From an uncultured Selenomonas sp. (GTDB lineage Bacteria > Bacillota > Negativicutes > Selenomonadales > Selenomonadaceae), in the NCBI GenBank assembly GCA_938045435.1, contig CALIBA010000186.1, positions 1 through 46,509 of the forward strand: DNA of 46,509 bases, read 5' to 3'. The notes under the pieces were generated by a model. It was not told where the DNA came from, did no database searches, and saw nothing but the letters and a program-made list of their open reading frames with translations. This document shows positions 18,062 through 27,867 of this stretch, piece after piece. Made by a program: the position numbers and the translations under genes. The stretch's first letter is position 1; every line of letters begins with the position of its first letter.

Positions 18062-19051
18062 TTACTGCCCATCCACTACACTCAGATGCCGCCCGACGGG
18101 CTGCTCCACCACATCTCCGTAGGCCATGTGCGCGATGTCCTGTGCTCCGAATACCATGTCCTGCGATGCATTGTAGATATAGCCCTCATGGGGGCGCACA
18201 ATCTGCTCGTCACGGATTGCCTTCACCGTCTGCAGTGCGGGATCCTCGAGGTACTCGCGGTTGAACTTGTCGATGTCGTAGCTGCCGTGGTCATTCCAGA
18301 CCGGCACAATCATGACATCGGGATTCACCGCGAGGATGTGTTCCTTCGTCAGTGCCTGCCCCGCCGTGAGGCCGATCTCTGCCGCGCCGTTGCGTACCCC
18401 CGCCATCGTGCAGAGATGGTCGAACAGCCCTCCCTTGCTCCCGAACGTCGGCGACATGGAGATGACGAGCACTGTCTTGCGCGCTGCGGGCGGAATCGCC
18501 GCAACACGGGCGGCGAGTGTCTGACACTCCGCATCATAGGCAGAGATCAGCGCCGTCCCCTTTGTCTCCTCACCGAGCGCGGCGGCGACGAGCCGGACGG
18601 CAGCGCGCACCCCATCTGCAGAGCGCGGCTTCTCACACGCAACGACCCGAATACCGAGATCGCGCAGGGTATCTGCCACGGCGGCGTCCTTTCCCGCATC
18701 GAGAAAGACGACATCGGGGTGCAGTGCTACGACCTGCTCCGCCGACGGCTGATTCAGCTTCACGGGAATCTGCTCTGCAATCCCGACGATATTTGAGCTG
18801 TTCGGATCGTCCGCCAGATGATCGATGCCGACGAGACGTTCCGGCGGCACGAGCCCGAGCACAATATCATCGAGCCAGAGCGCATAGTTCAGCACGCGCA
18901 CGGGCTTTTCTTCAAACATCACCACCCGCCCCTCGGCATCCGTCACCTGATAGCCGCCCGCCTGCTCTGTCGGAGACCCGCTGCAGCCGAGCGCCGCGAA
19001 CAGAAGCAGCACGCAGAGCAGGAGCGCAGACACACGTTGTATTTGCATCAT
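18062..19051 (-). CDS. Iron-siderophore/cobalamin ABC substrate-binding lipoprotein (FecB/BtuF-like)
   Basis: Lipobox ALGC, VTDAEGR, EQVVALHPD, NPDVMI, VKAIR motifs. Confidence 0.88.
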   Translation of the reverse strand: MMQIQRVSALLLCVLLLFAALGCSGSPTEQAGGYQVTDAEGRVVMFEEKPVRVLNYALWLDDIVLGLVPPERLVGIDHLADDPNSSNIVGIAEQIPVKLNQPSAEQVVALHPDVVFLDAGKDAAVADTLRDLGIRVVACEKPRSADGVRAAVRLVAAALGEETKGTALISAYDAECQTLAARVAAIPPAARKTVLVISMSPTFGSKGGLFDHLCTMAGVRNGAAEIGLTAGQALTKEHILAVNPDVMIVPVWNDHGSYDIDKFNREYLEDPALQTVKAIRDEQIVRPHEGYIYNASQDMVFGAQDIAHMAYGDVVEQPVGRHLSVVDGQ

Positions 19052-19061
19052 TTCTCCTTTC

Positions 19062-19850
19062 CTACCCATCCTTCAACAATCGCACATGCTTTCGTCCATC
19101 CTCGACGGTCACGCACGTCTGTACGCCGTACATCGCCGCGACATTCTCCTCGGTCAGCACCTCCTGCGCACCCCCATATGCGAATACATGCGCATCCTTC
19201 AACATGAGCAGGGTATCGCAAAAGAGCGAGGCAAGGTTGAGATCGTGGATGGTCATGAGGACGGCGATGTTCTCATTCTTTGCAATCTCTGTAATGAGGC
19301 GCAGGATAAAGAGCTGATGGTAAAGATCGAGGCTCGCCGTCGGTTCATCAAGGATGATGATGCCGGTTTCCTGCGCCAGTGCCCGCGCGATGAAGACGCG
19401 CTGCCGCTCGCCGCCGCTCATCTCTTGGATGTTCCGCATTGCAAAATCCGTCAACTCCATCCGCCGGATCACCTGAAAGGCGATGCGTTCATCCTCTGCC
19501 CGATAGCGGTATCCTGCATAGGGCAGGCGACCCATCAGCACCGTTTGGAGCGCCGTCATGCCGAACGCTGCGTTCGTATACTGCGGTACATAGGCAATGC
19601 GCTTTGCGACCTCTGTCGGATGCAGATCTGCAAGCTGTTCTCCATAGGCGCGTACGATCCCCGCATCCGGGCGCAGGAGCTGGGCGATGCACTTGATGAG
19701 CGTCGTCTTGCCCGTACCGTTAGGGCCGAGGAGCCCCAGCACCTCCCCCGCCTGCACCGTTAGTGAAACCCCATCGAGAATCTTCCTGCCCTTTCGATAG
19801 CCAAAGCTCAGCTGCTCAACTGCTAGACTCGTCTTTTCTTTCTCAGCCAT
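19062..19850 (-). CDS. FecE/FhuC-type ABC ATPase
   Basis: GPNGTGKT, MSGGERQR, LDEPT, HDLN motifs. Confidence 0.93.
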   Translation of the reverse strand: MAEKEKTSLAVEQLSFGYRKGRKILDGVSLTVQAGEVLGLLGPNGTGKTTLIKCIAQLLRPDAGIVRAYGEQLADLHPTEVAKRIAYVPQYTNAAFGMTALQTVLMGRLPYAGYRYRAEDERIAFQVIRRMELTDFAMRNIQEMSGGERQRVFIARALAQETGIIILDEPTASLDLYHQLFILRLITEIAKNENIAVLMTIHDLNLASLFCDTLLMLKDAHVFAYGGAQEVLTEENVAAMYGVQTCVTVEDGRKHVRLLKDG

Positions 19851-20899
19851 TAGAGTCCCCTCCGATTGCGCAAAATCAGATGGATAAAGAGCGGCACGCC
19901 GAAGAACGAAATGACAATCCCAACGGGAATCGTCACCGGATAGAGGATCAGCTTGCCCACCGTATCTGACACGAGGAGGAGCGCTGCCCCGATCACCGCC
20001 GTAAACGGCAGATAAAACCTTGCGTCCGTCCCGATGAGAAAGCGCGCCATATGCGGCGCGATCAGTCCCACGAAGCCAATCACCCCCGTAAAACTGATGA
20101 TCGTCGCCGTCATAAAGACTGCCACAATGCCCGCAATCGTCCGCATCCGCGCGGGATTCACCCCGAGACTGCGCGCCGTCTCATCGTCGCTGACCGCCAT
20201 CACATTGAGCGGCAGCGCGTAAAAAAGCGCGACGAAAAGCCCCGCCGTGACGATGATGCCGCCAATGCCGACATACTCCCACGAAGCGCGGTGCAGCGAC
20301 CCGAATGTCCATTGGATGACCGCCGCGAGCTTGTGCTCCTGTGCAAAGAATTCGAGCGTCGCCGTCAGCGCACTGAAAAAATAATTCAGCGCGATGCCAA
20401 CAAGCACAATACTCGTCGGACTGAGCCCCGCGCGCTGCGCGATCCCGTAGACGATGACGCCGCAGGTGCATGAGAGCAGGAACGCTGCGCTGATGATGCC
20501 GAGATTGCTGTCTAAGGCCGTCCCTGCCCCGAGCACGATAGAGAGTGATGCGCCAAGCGCCGCCGCCGCCGAGATGCCGAGCGTGAACGGACTGACGAGT
20601 GCATTGCGCGTCACGGACTGCATGAGCGCACCTGCGACCGCAAGCCCTGCGCCTGCAATCATCGCAAGCACAACGCGCGGCAGACGCAGCAGCAGGATGA
20701 TCTTATTCATTGCCGCGTCCGCGCCCACATCAAGTGTTCCATCCAAATACCGCATGACGGCGTCCACCGTCTGAAACATCGCCGCATCCTTCATCCCAAG
20801 CGTCGTAAAGGCATAGGCGGCGATGAGCGTCAGCGCAGCCCCCGCTCCAATCATCAGATATTTGCGGCGGCTGCTTTCATAGTATTCCTGTTCCAGCAT
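19850..20899 (-). CDS. FecCD-family ABC permease
   Basis: LRLPR, RNALVSPFTLGIS, ARSLGV, GVIGFVGLIAPH, IPVG motifs. Confidence 0.93.
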   Translation of the reverse strand: MLEQEYYESSRRKYLMIGAGAALTLIAAYAFTTLGMKDAAMFQTVDAVMRYLDGTLDVGADAAMNKIILLLRLPRVVLAMIAGAGLAVAGALMQSVTRNALVSPFTLGISAAAALGASLSIVLGAGTALDSNLGIISAAFLLSCTCGVIVYGIAQRAGLSPTSIVLVGIALNYFFSALTATLEFFAQEHKLAAVIQWTFGSLHRASWEYVGIGGIIVTAGLFVALFYALPLNVMAVSDDETARSLGVNPARMRTIAGIVAVFMTATIISFTGVIGFVGLIAPHMARFLIGTDARFYLPFTAVIGAALLLVSDTVGKLILYPVTIPVGIVISFFGVPLFIHLILRNRRGL

Positions 20900-20907
20900 A
20901 CCGCGTT

Positions 20908-21975
20908 TCACTCCCCCAAATGATAGGCGGGATAGGTATGCCCGCTGACATACGGCAGGTGCTGATACTTTTCGAGCCACACTTTGAATACGTCCTCCGG
21001 GTGCAGATCGGGGAGCTGCTCCGGATAGAGGAACTTTGCGATATACATCGTTCCGACGAGCTTTGATGCGCCGCCATGGACATAGTGGGAGAGCAGCAGG
21101 ATGCGGTCATTTTTCACCGCGTCAATCGTGTCCCACCCCGTGCGCGTGGTGATCGAGCGCAGGATGCGCGCATGATCCTCCGGTGTGGGCGGGATATAGG
21201 AGGCGCTGACCTTTGGCTCCGAGACTTTGACGATATAGGCAGGATTGCGCTCTATCACCGCCTCGATGTTCACCTGTGGGTTTTTTGCATCCTCAAAAAT
21301 ATTGTCCGCGCCCGCATACTTCACCATATCGTAGAAATAGTTGCCCGGGACGGTCGTACTCCCCTCCTCCCGATACTCAAAGTAGAGCTTCTTTTTCGGT
21401 ACGTTTGCCGTCTGCCGTTGGATGTAGGCAAGCTGCTCCATAAAGAAGTCCGAGAGCTCCTTTGCCTCCGCTTCTTTGCCGAAAAGTGTACCGATGAGTG
21501 CGCAGTTTTTCTCGAACTGGCTTGTATAATACGCGTCCACCACGATGACCTGGATGCCGAACTTCCCGAGTTTTTCCGCAGCGTCCTCCCATGCGCCGTT
21601 GCCCGTCAGAATGAGCGCCTGCGGCTGCAGTTCGATGATCTTTTCATAGTTCAGATTCCCCTGATTGGCACCGATGATCTGATCCTTGGTAAACCGCCCC
21701 GGAAAGGCAGAGGGGTCGTTGAAGATATAGTTGTCCACGCCGACCACCGTATCGAGAGAGCCCACTGCATTGATGAGCTCGGCGTTGTAGGCGTTCGACA
21801 CGACGACGCGCGTTAATGGATGCGGTACGGTCACTGTGCGTCCGAGGCTGTCCGTGATGGTGATGGTGCCGGCGGCATCCGATGCTGTCTCTGCTTTTTC
21901 TTTGCCGCAGCCCGCGAGCAGGCAAAGTCCGCAGAGCAGTGCGCACAGCATATATAAAATATGGTTCTTTCTCAT
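20908..21975 (-). CDS. Iron/cobalamin-type ABC substrate-binding lipoprotein
   Basis: Lipobox LAGC, ITDSLGRTV, NYEKIIELQP, AVKNDRI motifs. Confidence 0.9.
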   Translation of the reverse strand: MRKNHILYMLCALLCGLCLLAGCGKEKAETASDAAGTITITDSLGRTVTVPHPLTRVVVSNAYNAELINAVGSLDTVVGVDNYIFNDPSAFPGRFTKDQIIGANQGNLNYEKIIELQPQALILTGNGAWEDAAEKLGKFGIQVIVVDAYYTSQFEKNCALIGTLFGKEAEAKELSDFFMEQLAYIQRQTANVPKKKLYFEYREEGSTTVPGNYFYDMVKYAGADNIFEDAKNPQVNIEAVIERNPAYIVKVSEPKVSASYIPPTPEDHARILRSITTRTGWDTIDAVKNDRILLLSHYVHGGASKLVGTMYIAKFLYPEQLPDLHPEDVFKVWLEKYQHLPYVSGHTYPAYHLGE

Positions 21976-22012
21976 GTTTCCTCCCTAAATTCATGTTCTG
22001 AATCAATCGTAT

Positions 22013-22058
22013 AAGAAGGGCATCCGCCGCATTTTTGTGCGGCAGATGCCCCCTTCTT
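22013..22058 (-). terminator. Intergenic hairpin/terminator between receptor and binding-protein genes
   Basis: AAGAAGGGCATC...GATGCCC...CTTCTT. Confidence 0.55.
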
Positions 22059-22063
22059 TGAGC

Positions 22064-24274
22064 TTACAGCATCATTGTGAGCGACATCACAAAGCTGCGC
22101 GGATAGCCCTGAATCCCATAGTTATAGCCCGGACGGGACATCCAGTAACGTTTGTCGAGGACATTGTACGCCGTGAGGCTCAGCGTCGTCGGCACCGTGC
22201 CAAGCGTTGTTTGATACGTCACGCCGAGATCTACTGTCACATAAGAAGGCACATCGAGCTGCTTTGCCGCACTCGTATAGATCGGCGCCTTGCCGGAATA
22301 GACCATGCGCATGAATGCCGCGGTCTTCGCATCCGCTGCGTACTCCGCGGCGAGCATCCCGCTCCAGTCCGCAATGCCGCTGACGCCCCTGCCGTCCAGC
22401 ACCGTATTCGTTTTCTGCTCCGTCGCCAGATGCATGAGCCCGCCTGTCAGCGTCCACTTCGGCGCGATCTGCCCGGAGACACTTAGCTCAACGCCCTTGA
22501 GTTTATTCTTGCCCTCCATCACCTTCGTCGGTCGTGCATCGCCGACATAGGTGACATCCATCGTGCGGTCCTGCTCGATCTGGAATAGGCTCAGCCCTGC
22601 ACTGATGCGGTCCTTCCGATACTTCACACCGATCTCATTCTGCTTCGTCTTGGCGGGGCTAAGGATGCGCCCCGTATTCATATACCCGCCGCCGACAGCG
22701 GTCCCCTTGTCAAAACTCTCGGAGTGGTTCGCATAGAGACTGAGATCCTCCGTCGGCTTGTAGACAATGCCGTACGTCGGCGAATTCGCACTGCTGCTTA
22801 CGGTTTTCCCATCCTTGTAGCCGGACGTATTCGAGTAGGATGTTGCCTTTACGCTGTGATGATGCACACCCAGCAGGACGGATGCCTTGCCGTAGGTGAG
22901 GGTATCTGTCACGGATATACCGGAGTAAATCGTTGCCCCCGACTTGATCGGGCCACTGATCGTGGCAGGATCATAGTTTTGAACGAGCGTGCGGATGCCA
23001 TCGCGCAGCGATCCGCTCACGCGGCCATAGACAGGAACTTGATTGCCATACCTGCCCCTCTGCTCATAGCCCCAATATCCATAGTACCAGTCGCGGTCGA
23101 GTGCGAGGACCATATCGTTCTTCACCGGCCCGATGTCAAACGCGCCGCGTACGCCGAGCTGCACATAGTTGTTTCGCACCGCAAACGGATTTGTCCACAG
23201 TGCATTCTGGAAATCGCCGTCCTCATTCAGCATAAAGACTCTGCTCGCGTTCGTCATCACGTAGCTTCTGCCATGGTTATAGCTGGAGCCGGCATTGAGA
23301 AACGCCTTCCATCTTTCACTCAGCCGCTGCTCGTGGTTGAGCACCGCCGTCCACGTGGTCATGGTGAGATGTGCCCCGTTAAAGCTGTAATTGCTGCGGC
23401 CGCTCGGCGGAGCAGGCAGGCGATCCCCCGTATAGGCATTGGCACCCGCTCCGTCAAAGGCGAAGTAGCGCTGTCCGCCCTCGTTCTTTGAATAGCGGTA
23501 GCCTGCAAAGAGATTGGTTGTGCTCTTTGCACCTTGATGGTCAAGGTTGATGTAGAAATCGCGCGTTGTCATCTTCTCGCGTTTCACTGCCGTCTTGCCT
23601 TGAATATTCTCAGCACTCACGCGGATGCCCCACTGCGCGTTCCTGCCGAAGCGCTTGCCGATGTCGAAAATCTCGCCAAGGGCGCCGCGGCCATTGATCG
23701 TCTGCTGGTAGATGATGCGCTCCTTATCGTACGCCGCCTTCTTCGTCACGAGGTTGACCGAGCCGCCCGCCGACTCCGAACTCGCCGTGCCGTGAATGCC
23801 AATCGCAGGTCCTGCGATCACCTCGATGCGCTCCACAAAATTCGCGGGCGTATTCATCTGCGTGAACATGCCGGGCACGCCGTTGATCTTGAACTGATAG
23901 GCATTCATGGCAAAGCCGCGAATCGAAAAGTCATTGTAGAGAGTACTGCCGCTTGTGCGTACGGACGACGATGTGAGAAGCGCGTTCGGCAGCGTGTTCA
24001 TCCCATCGTCATACTGCGTGATGGCCTTGTTCGTGATGTTCGTCTGATGGAACGGGACATCCATCACGTCCTTCGTACCGAGAAAGCCCGTCCCGCCTGT
24101 ACTGCTTACAAGACGGTTTTCATCGCTCTCCGCGCTGCGCTCCCCTTCGACCACAATATCAGGGAGCGCATAGCCGGGCATCTCCTCTGCTCGCTCTGCG
24201 GCATGTGCCGCCCCCATCCAACCAGCGCCTGCTGCCGCCAGCGTCACGGCAAAGACCATTTGTTTTTTCGTCAT
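22064..24274 (-). CDS. TonB-dependent siderophore-type receptor (FcuA-like)
   Basis: Signal peptide, LPDIVVEGER, GFLG.KD.MDVPF, FSIRGF, ERIEVIAGP, GGSVNLVTK, KQNEIGVKY. Confidence 0.9.
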   Translation of the reverse strand: MTKKQMVFAVTLAAAGAGWMGAAHAAERAEEMPGYALPDIVVEGERSAESDENRLVSSTGGTGFLGTKDVMDVPFHQTNITNKAITQYDDGMNTLPNALLTSSSVRTSGSTLYNDFSIRGFAMNAYQFKINGVPGMFTQMNTPANFVERIEVIAGPAIGIHGTASSESAGGSVNLVTKKAAYDKERIIYQQTINGRGALGEIFDIGKRFGRNAQWGIRVSAENIQGKTAVKREKMTTRDFYINLDHQGAKSTTNLFAGYRYSKNEGGQRYFAFDGAGANAYTGDRLPAPPSGRSNYSFNGAHLTMTTWTAVLNHEQRLSERWKAFLNAGSSYNHGRSYVMTNASRVFMLNEDGDFQNALWTNPFAVRNNYVQLGVRGAFDIGPVKNDMVLALDRDWYYGYWGYEQRGRYGNQVPVYGRVSGSLRDGIRTLVQNYDPATISGPIKSGATIYSGISVTDTLTYGKASVLLGVHHHSVKATSYSNTSGYKDGKTVSSSANSPTYGIVYKPTEDLSLYANHSESFDKGTAVGGGYMNTGRILSPAKTKQNEIGVKYRKDRISAGLSLFQIEQDRTMDVTYVGDARPTKVMEGKNKLKGVELSVSGQIAPKWTLTGGLMHLATEQKTNTVLDGRGVSGIADWSGMLAAEYAADAKTAAFMRMVYSGKAPIYTSAAKQLDVPSYVTVDLGVTYQTTLGTVPTTLSLTAYNVLDKRYWMSRPGYNYGIQGYPRSFVMSLTMML

Positions 24275-24300
24275 AATAGGCTCCTCTCTTTCCCCTCTGC

Positions 24301-26496
24301 TCACAGACGAACCGCAGCAGAAAACATCCATGTACGCGGCATCGAAAGGCCAAATGTCGTCGAGCCGCCGCGCCCCATCCAATAATCCTTATTGAGGGCG
24401 TTATAGCACATGAGGCTGAGATCGATCGGCATCTGATGAATTTTCGTCGCGTACTTCACGCCGAGATCTAGTGTACTGTACGAGGGGATCTCCGTGCCCC
24501 CGTCCGCTGCCGTGCTGTCGATCTTGGCTTTCCCGACCCAGTTCAGCCGTCCGATAAGACGCAGCTGCTCATTCGCCTGATAGGTGACGCCGAGGACGCT
24601 GCTCCACCGCGCCGTACCATTCACGAACCACCCGTCTTTTTCACCTTTTTGCGTTTGATCGCGCTGCGCATCGAGGTAGAGGATGCCGCCCGTCATGATC
24701 CACTTGGGTGCAATGTTTCCGTTGACCGTCAGCTCTGCGCCGCGGTACACATTCTTCCCATCGGCAGAGAAATATTTTTTCCCGCTGCCATCCCATGTAT
24801 CGAAGCGGTTCGGCTCGTCGATCTGAAAGAGGGCGAGCGTTGAAAACAGCCCCTTGTTCTCGTACTTGATACCGATTTCGTTCTGCTTGCTGCGCACGGG
24901 ATCAAGTATGGTACCGGCGTTGGCATAGCTGGCATCCGTCACGACATAGCCCCGGGAAAAGCTCTCGGTATGCCCGTAGTAGACCGCTGTGTTTGCAGTC
25001 GGCTTGTAGGTGAGCCCCCACGTCGGCAGGATATTGTTGTTGCGGATGACCTTCTTGTTCGTCAGGTTCTCGAAATGCTCGTGCTTGCGCGTCGCTGCCA
25101 GCATGAGATCCCATTTCCCAAATGACATCGTGTCCATCAAAGAGACGCCCACATTGACCTCGCTCCACTGCGCGTTTTCGGTGAGCATATCCGGCAGCGG
25201 ATAAAAGCCGGGACGGAAGATGATCCCGTCATAGAGGTTCCCACCGTAGAGATTGCGCCCGCCATAGTTGTTGCGGTTCCAATACTGCGCCCGGGAGCGG
25301 TCGGCAGAGAGCGCCCACCGATGCTGCACCGCGCCCGTTCGGAATTTTCCCGTAAGCCCCACCTGCACATAGGAGTTGCTCGCGGATTCATTCTGTGCAT
25401 TAGAGCGATTCCGATTGGTGAACTTCCCTGCGGTATCGAAGTTCAGATTTGCGCCGGAGTTTCGCTTATCGCCGTCGCGCCTGGAGTAGCCCACATTCAA
25501 AAACGCATACAGATGATTGCTGAGCTTTTGCTCATGATTGAGCGCGAGTACCTGCCCGTACATCCATTTCAGCGTCTCCGGGAAGTCGTAGTTCATCTTG
25601 GAGGAGGGCGCCTTGGGGAGCTCCCGCCCGCTGCCGCTGTACGTGAACCAGCGCTGCGCACCAAAGACCTTATAGTCCCAGCTGCCCAGAAAGAGGTTCG
25701 TCGTGCTTTTCGTACCGCGATGGTCGATATTGAGGAAAACGTCCTGCCAGCGTATCTTAGATCCCGGCAGAGCAAGCTTTCCGTTGAGCATCTCTGCATT
25801 GAGGCGCAGCCCCCACGCATCATTTTTGCCAAAGCGGCGGGCAATATCAATGTATTCTCCAAGAGCACCGCGGCCCGAAATCACCTGCGTATATTTCGTC
25901 AAAGGCTCCGTCCCCGCACGCTTCGTGATGACGTTGATGGTGCCCGGCGCAGGCGTTGCACCGCCGTTCGTACCGTTGTTCGACATACTGACCCCGTTCA
26001 CCGCCGCATTCGGCCCGGATGTGATGTCCATGCGCTCGATGATGTGGGACGGCGGCATCGTATACTGCGAAAATAGGCTCGGAATGCCATTGAGCAGGAA
26101 GTGATTGCCATTCATATTGATGCCGCGCATCGAAAAATCCGAGTACATCGGCGAACTCGTGCTGGTGCGAATCGACGGATTGTTCAGCAGCACGTTGGCA
26201 AGCGGCTGGCTTGGATCGCCATAGGTCTCAACCGCCTTTGCGGTCATGCTCTGCATCGAGTAAGGAATGTCGAGCACCTTCACATCCCCCAGAATCCCCA
26301 TGCGCGCCTCTGTGCTCAGCAGACCGCCCGCCATCTCCGCATCCCGCTCCCCCGCGACGACGATCTCAGGCAGCTCATAGCCCGGCATATCCCCTCTCGC
26401 GGACGTCGCTGCCTTCTCTGCGGCACTTGCCACACCCATCCATACCGATCCCGCTGCTGCAAGTGCAACGGCAAGCACCAGCTTTCGTTTTGTCAT
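24301..26496 (-). CDS. TonB-dependent siderophore-type receptor (FcuA-like paralogue)
   Basis: Same motif set as its neighbour; SD AAGGAGG before MTKRK. Confidence 0.9.
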   Translation of the reverse strand: MTKRKLVLAVALAAAGSVWMGVASAAEKAATSARGDMPGYELPEIVVAGERDAEMAGGLLSTEARMGILGDVKVLDIPYSMQSMTAKAVETYGDPSQPLANVLLNNPSIRTSTSSPMYSDFSMRGINMNGNHFLLNGIPSLFSQYTMPPSHIIERMDITSGPNAAVNGVSMSNNGTNGGATPAPGTINVITKRAGTEPLTKYTQVISGRGALGEYIDIARRFGKNDAWGLRLNAEMLNGKLALPGSKIRWQDVFLNIDHRGTKSTTNLFLGSWDYKVFGAQRWFTYSGSGRELPKAPSSKMNYDFPETLKWMYGQVLALNHEQKLSNHLYAFLNVGYSRRDGDKRNSGANLNFDTAGKFTNRNRSNAQNESASNSYVQVGLTGKFRTGAVQHRWALSADRSRAQYWNRNNYGGRNLYGGNLYDGIIFRPGFYPLPDMLTENAQWSEVNVGVSLMDTMSFGKWDLMLAATRKHEHFENLTNKKVIRNNNILPTWGLTYKPTANTAVYYGHTESFSRGYVVTDASYANAGTILDPVRSKQNEIGIKYENKGLFSTLALFQIDEPNRFDTWDGSGKKYFSADGKNVYRGAELTVNGNIAPKWIMTGGILYLDAQRDQTQKGEKDGWFVNGTARWSSVLGVTYQANEQLRLIGRLNWVGKAKIDSTAADGGTEIPSYSTLDLGVKYATKIHQMPIDLSLMCYNALNKDYWMGRGGSTTFGLSMPRTWMFSAAVRL

Positions 26497-26565
26497 AAAA
26501 TAAACGCCTCCTTCGCCTATGTACCATATCCGATACAAAATTAAAATTATATGAGCATTTATCGC

Positions 26566-26594
26566 AGTATCCCCAAGGAACAGCGCCTTGTCAA
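26566..26594 (-). promoter_or_regulatory. SigmaA promoter of the receptor/ABC operon, flanked by two Fur-like boxes
   Basis: TTGACA-N17-GATACT on the minus strand. Confidence 0.6.
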
Positions 26595-26762
26595 ACAGTA
26601 CTCTGTCCCGCTCTGCCGAGCATTTTTCTCAGTCGATATAAAAGACGAGAGAAATGATCTTTTTCTATGAAATCAATGCCAAAATTTCATGTGCTTCCCT
26701 AAGATACTATAGTAGGAAATGCAAAAAAGAACCGGACTTGGGAGAAAACGCCGCCGCGGCAC

Positions 26763-27725
26763 TCAATTCACCACATTCGTCGGCTTCCCATCCATAAACG
26801 CCTTCACATTGTCTGCCGTCATCTGCATGATGCGCTCACGTGCCTCCTTCGTCGCCCACGAGATATGCGGTGTGATGATGCAGTTCGGCGCGTGCAGGAG
26901 CGGATTATCTGCCGCAATCGGCTCCGTCGAGGCAACATCCACCGCCGCCCCGCCGACCTTGCCACTCGCGAGCGCTGCCGCCAGATCCTCCTCCACGATG
27001 AGCTGCCCACGCCCGTTGTTGACGATGATCACGCCGTCCTTCATCTTCGCAATGTTCGCTGCGTTGATGATTCCATTGGTCTCGGGCGTGAGCGGACAGT
27101 GCAGGAAGATAAAGTCCGACTGCGGCAGGAGTTCATCGAGCGGCACATAATCCGCAAGCGTGCGCCCCTCCGCGCGTTCCGTCCTACTGTAGGCGAGCAC
27201 ACGGACATTCATGGCACGCAGAATGCGTGCGGCTGCCATACCGATGCGTCCGAAGCCGATGATGCCCGCCGTCTTGCCGCTGACCTCGATGAGCGGACAC
27301 TGCCAATAGCAAAAATCAATGCTCTTCGTCCAATCCCCCGCGTGTACCGAGCGGTCATGATGCCCGATGTGGGAGCACGCCTCAAGGAGCAGCGCAATCG
27401 CATATTGCGCAACATTATCCGTACCGTAGACGGGCACATTCATAACAGGAATACTTTTCTCCCGCGCATACGCCGTATCCACGACATTGTAGCCCGTCGC
27501 GAGTACGGCAATGGCACGGAGATTTGGACAAGTGTCGATGACGGAGCGCGTGATCGGTGTCTTGTTCGTCACGGCGATCTCCGCATCGCCGATGCGCTGT
27601 GCAATCAGCGGCGACTCCGTGAGGGATGTGCGGTCATAGACCGTCAGATCCCCCAGCGCCGCCAGCGGTGCCCAGCTGATGTCACCCGGATTCTCGGTAT
27701 AACCGTCGAGTACAACAATTTTCAT
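26763..27725 (-). CDS. D-2-hydroxyacid dehydrogenase (glycerate dehydrogenase/hydroxypyruvate reductase-like)
   Basis: MKIVVLDGYTENPGD, ATGYNVVD, GIIGFGRIG, LHCPLT, TPHISW motifs. Confidence 0.93.
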   Translation of the reverse strand: MKIVVLDGYTENPGDISWAPLAALGDLTVYDRTSLTESPLIAQRIGDAEIAVTNKTPITRSVIDTCPNLRAIAVLATGYNVVDTAYAREKSIPVMNVPVYGTDNVAQYAIALLLEACSHIGHHDRSVHAGDWTKSIDFCYWQCPLIEVSGKTAGIIGFGRIGMAAARILRAMNVRVLAYSRTERAEGRTLADYVPLDELLPQSDFIFLHCPLTPETNGIINAANIAKMKDGVIIVNNGRGQLIVEEDLAAALASGKVGGAAVDVASTEPIAADNPLLHAPNCIITPHISWATKEARERIMQMTADNVKAFMDGKPTNVVN

Positions 27726-27867
27726 CGTATTTCCTCCCTGCGCATGGAAGCATGGCAAGCTGCCCGCTCCGCTGTCTTTCTTCTTCCAAATTTGACACGA
27801 ATTTCTCCCACGATAATAGACTTTGCATGATTTTCCGCACGCAGTATGTCTAAGGGCAAGCTTCCTT

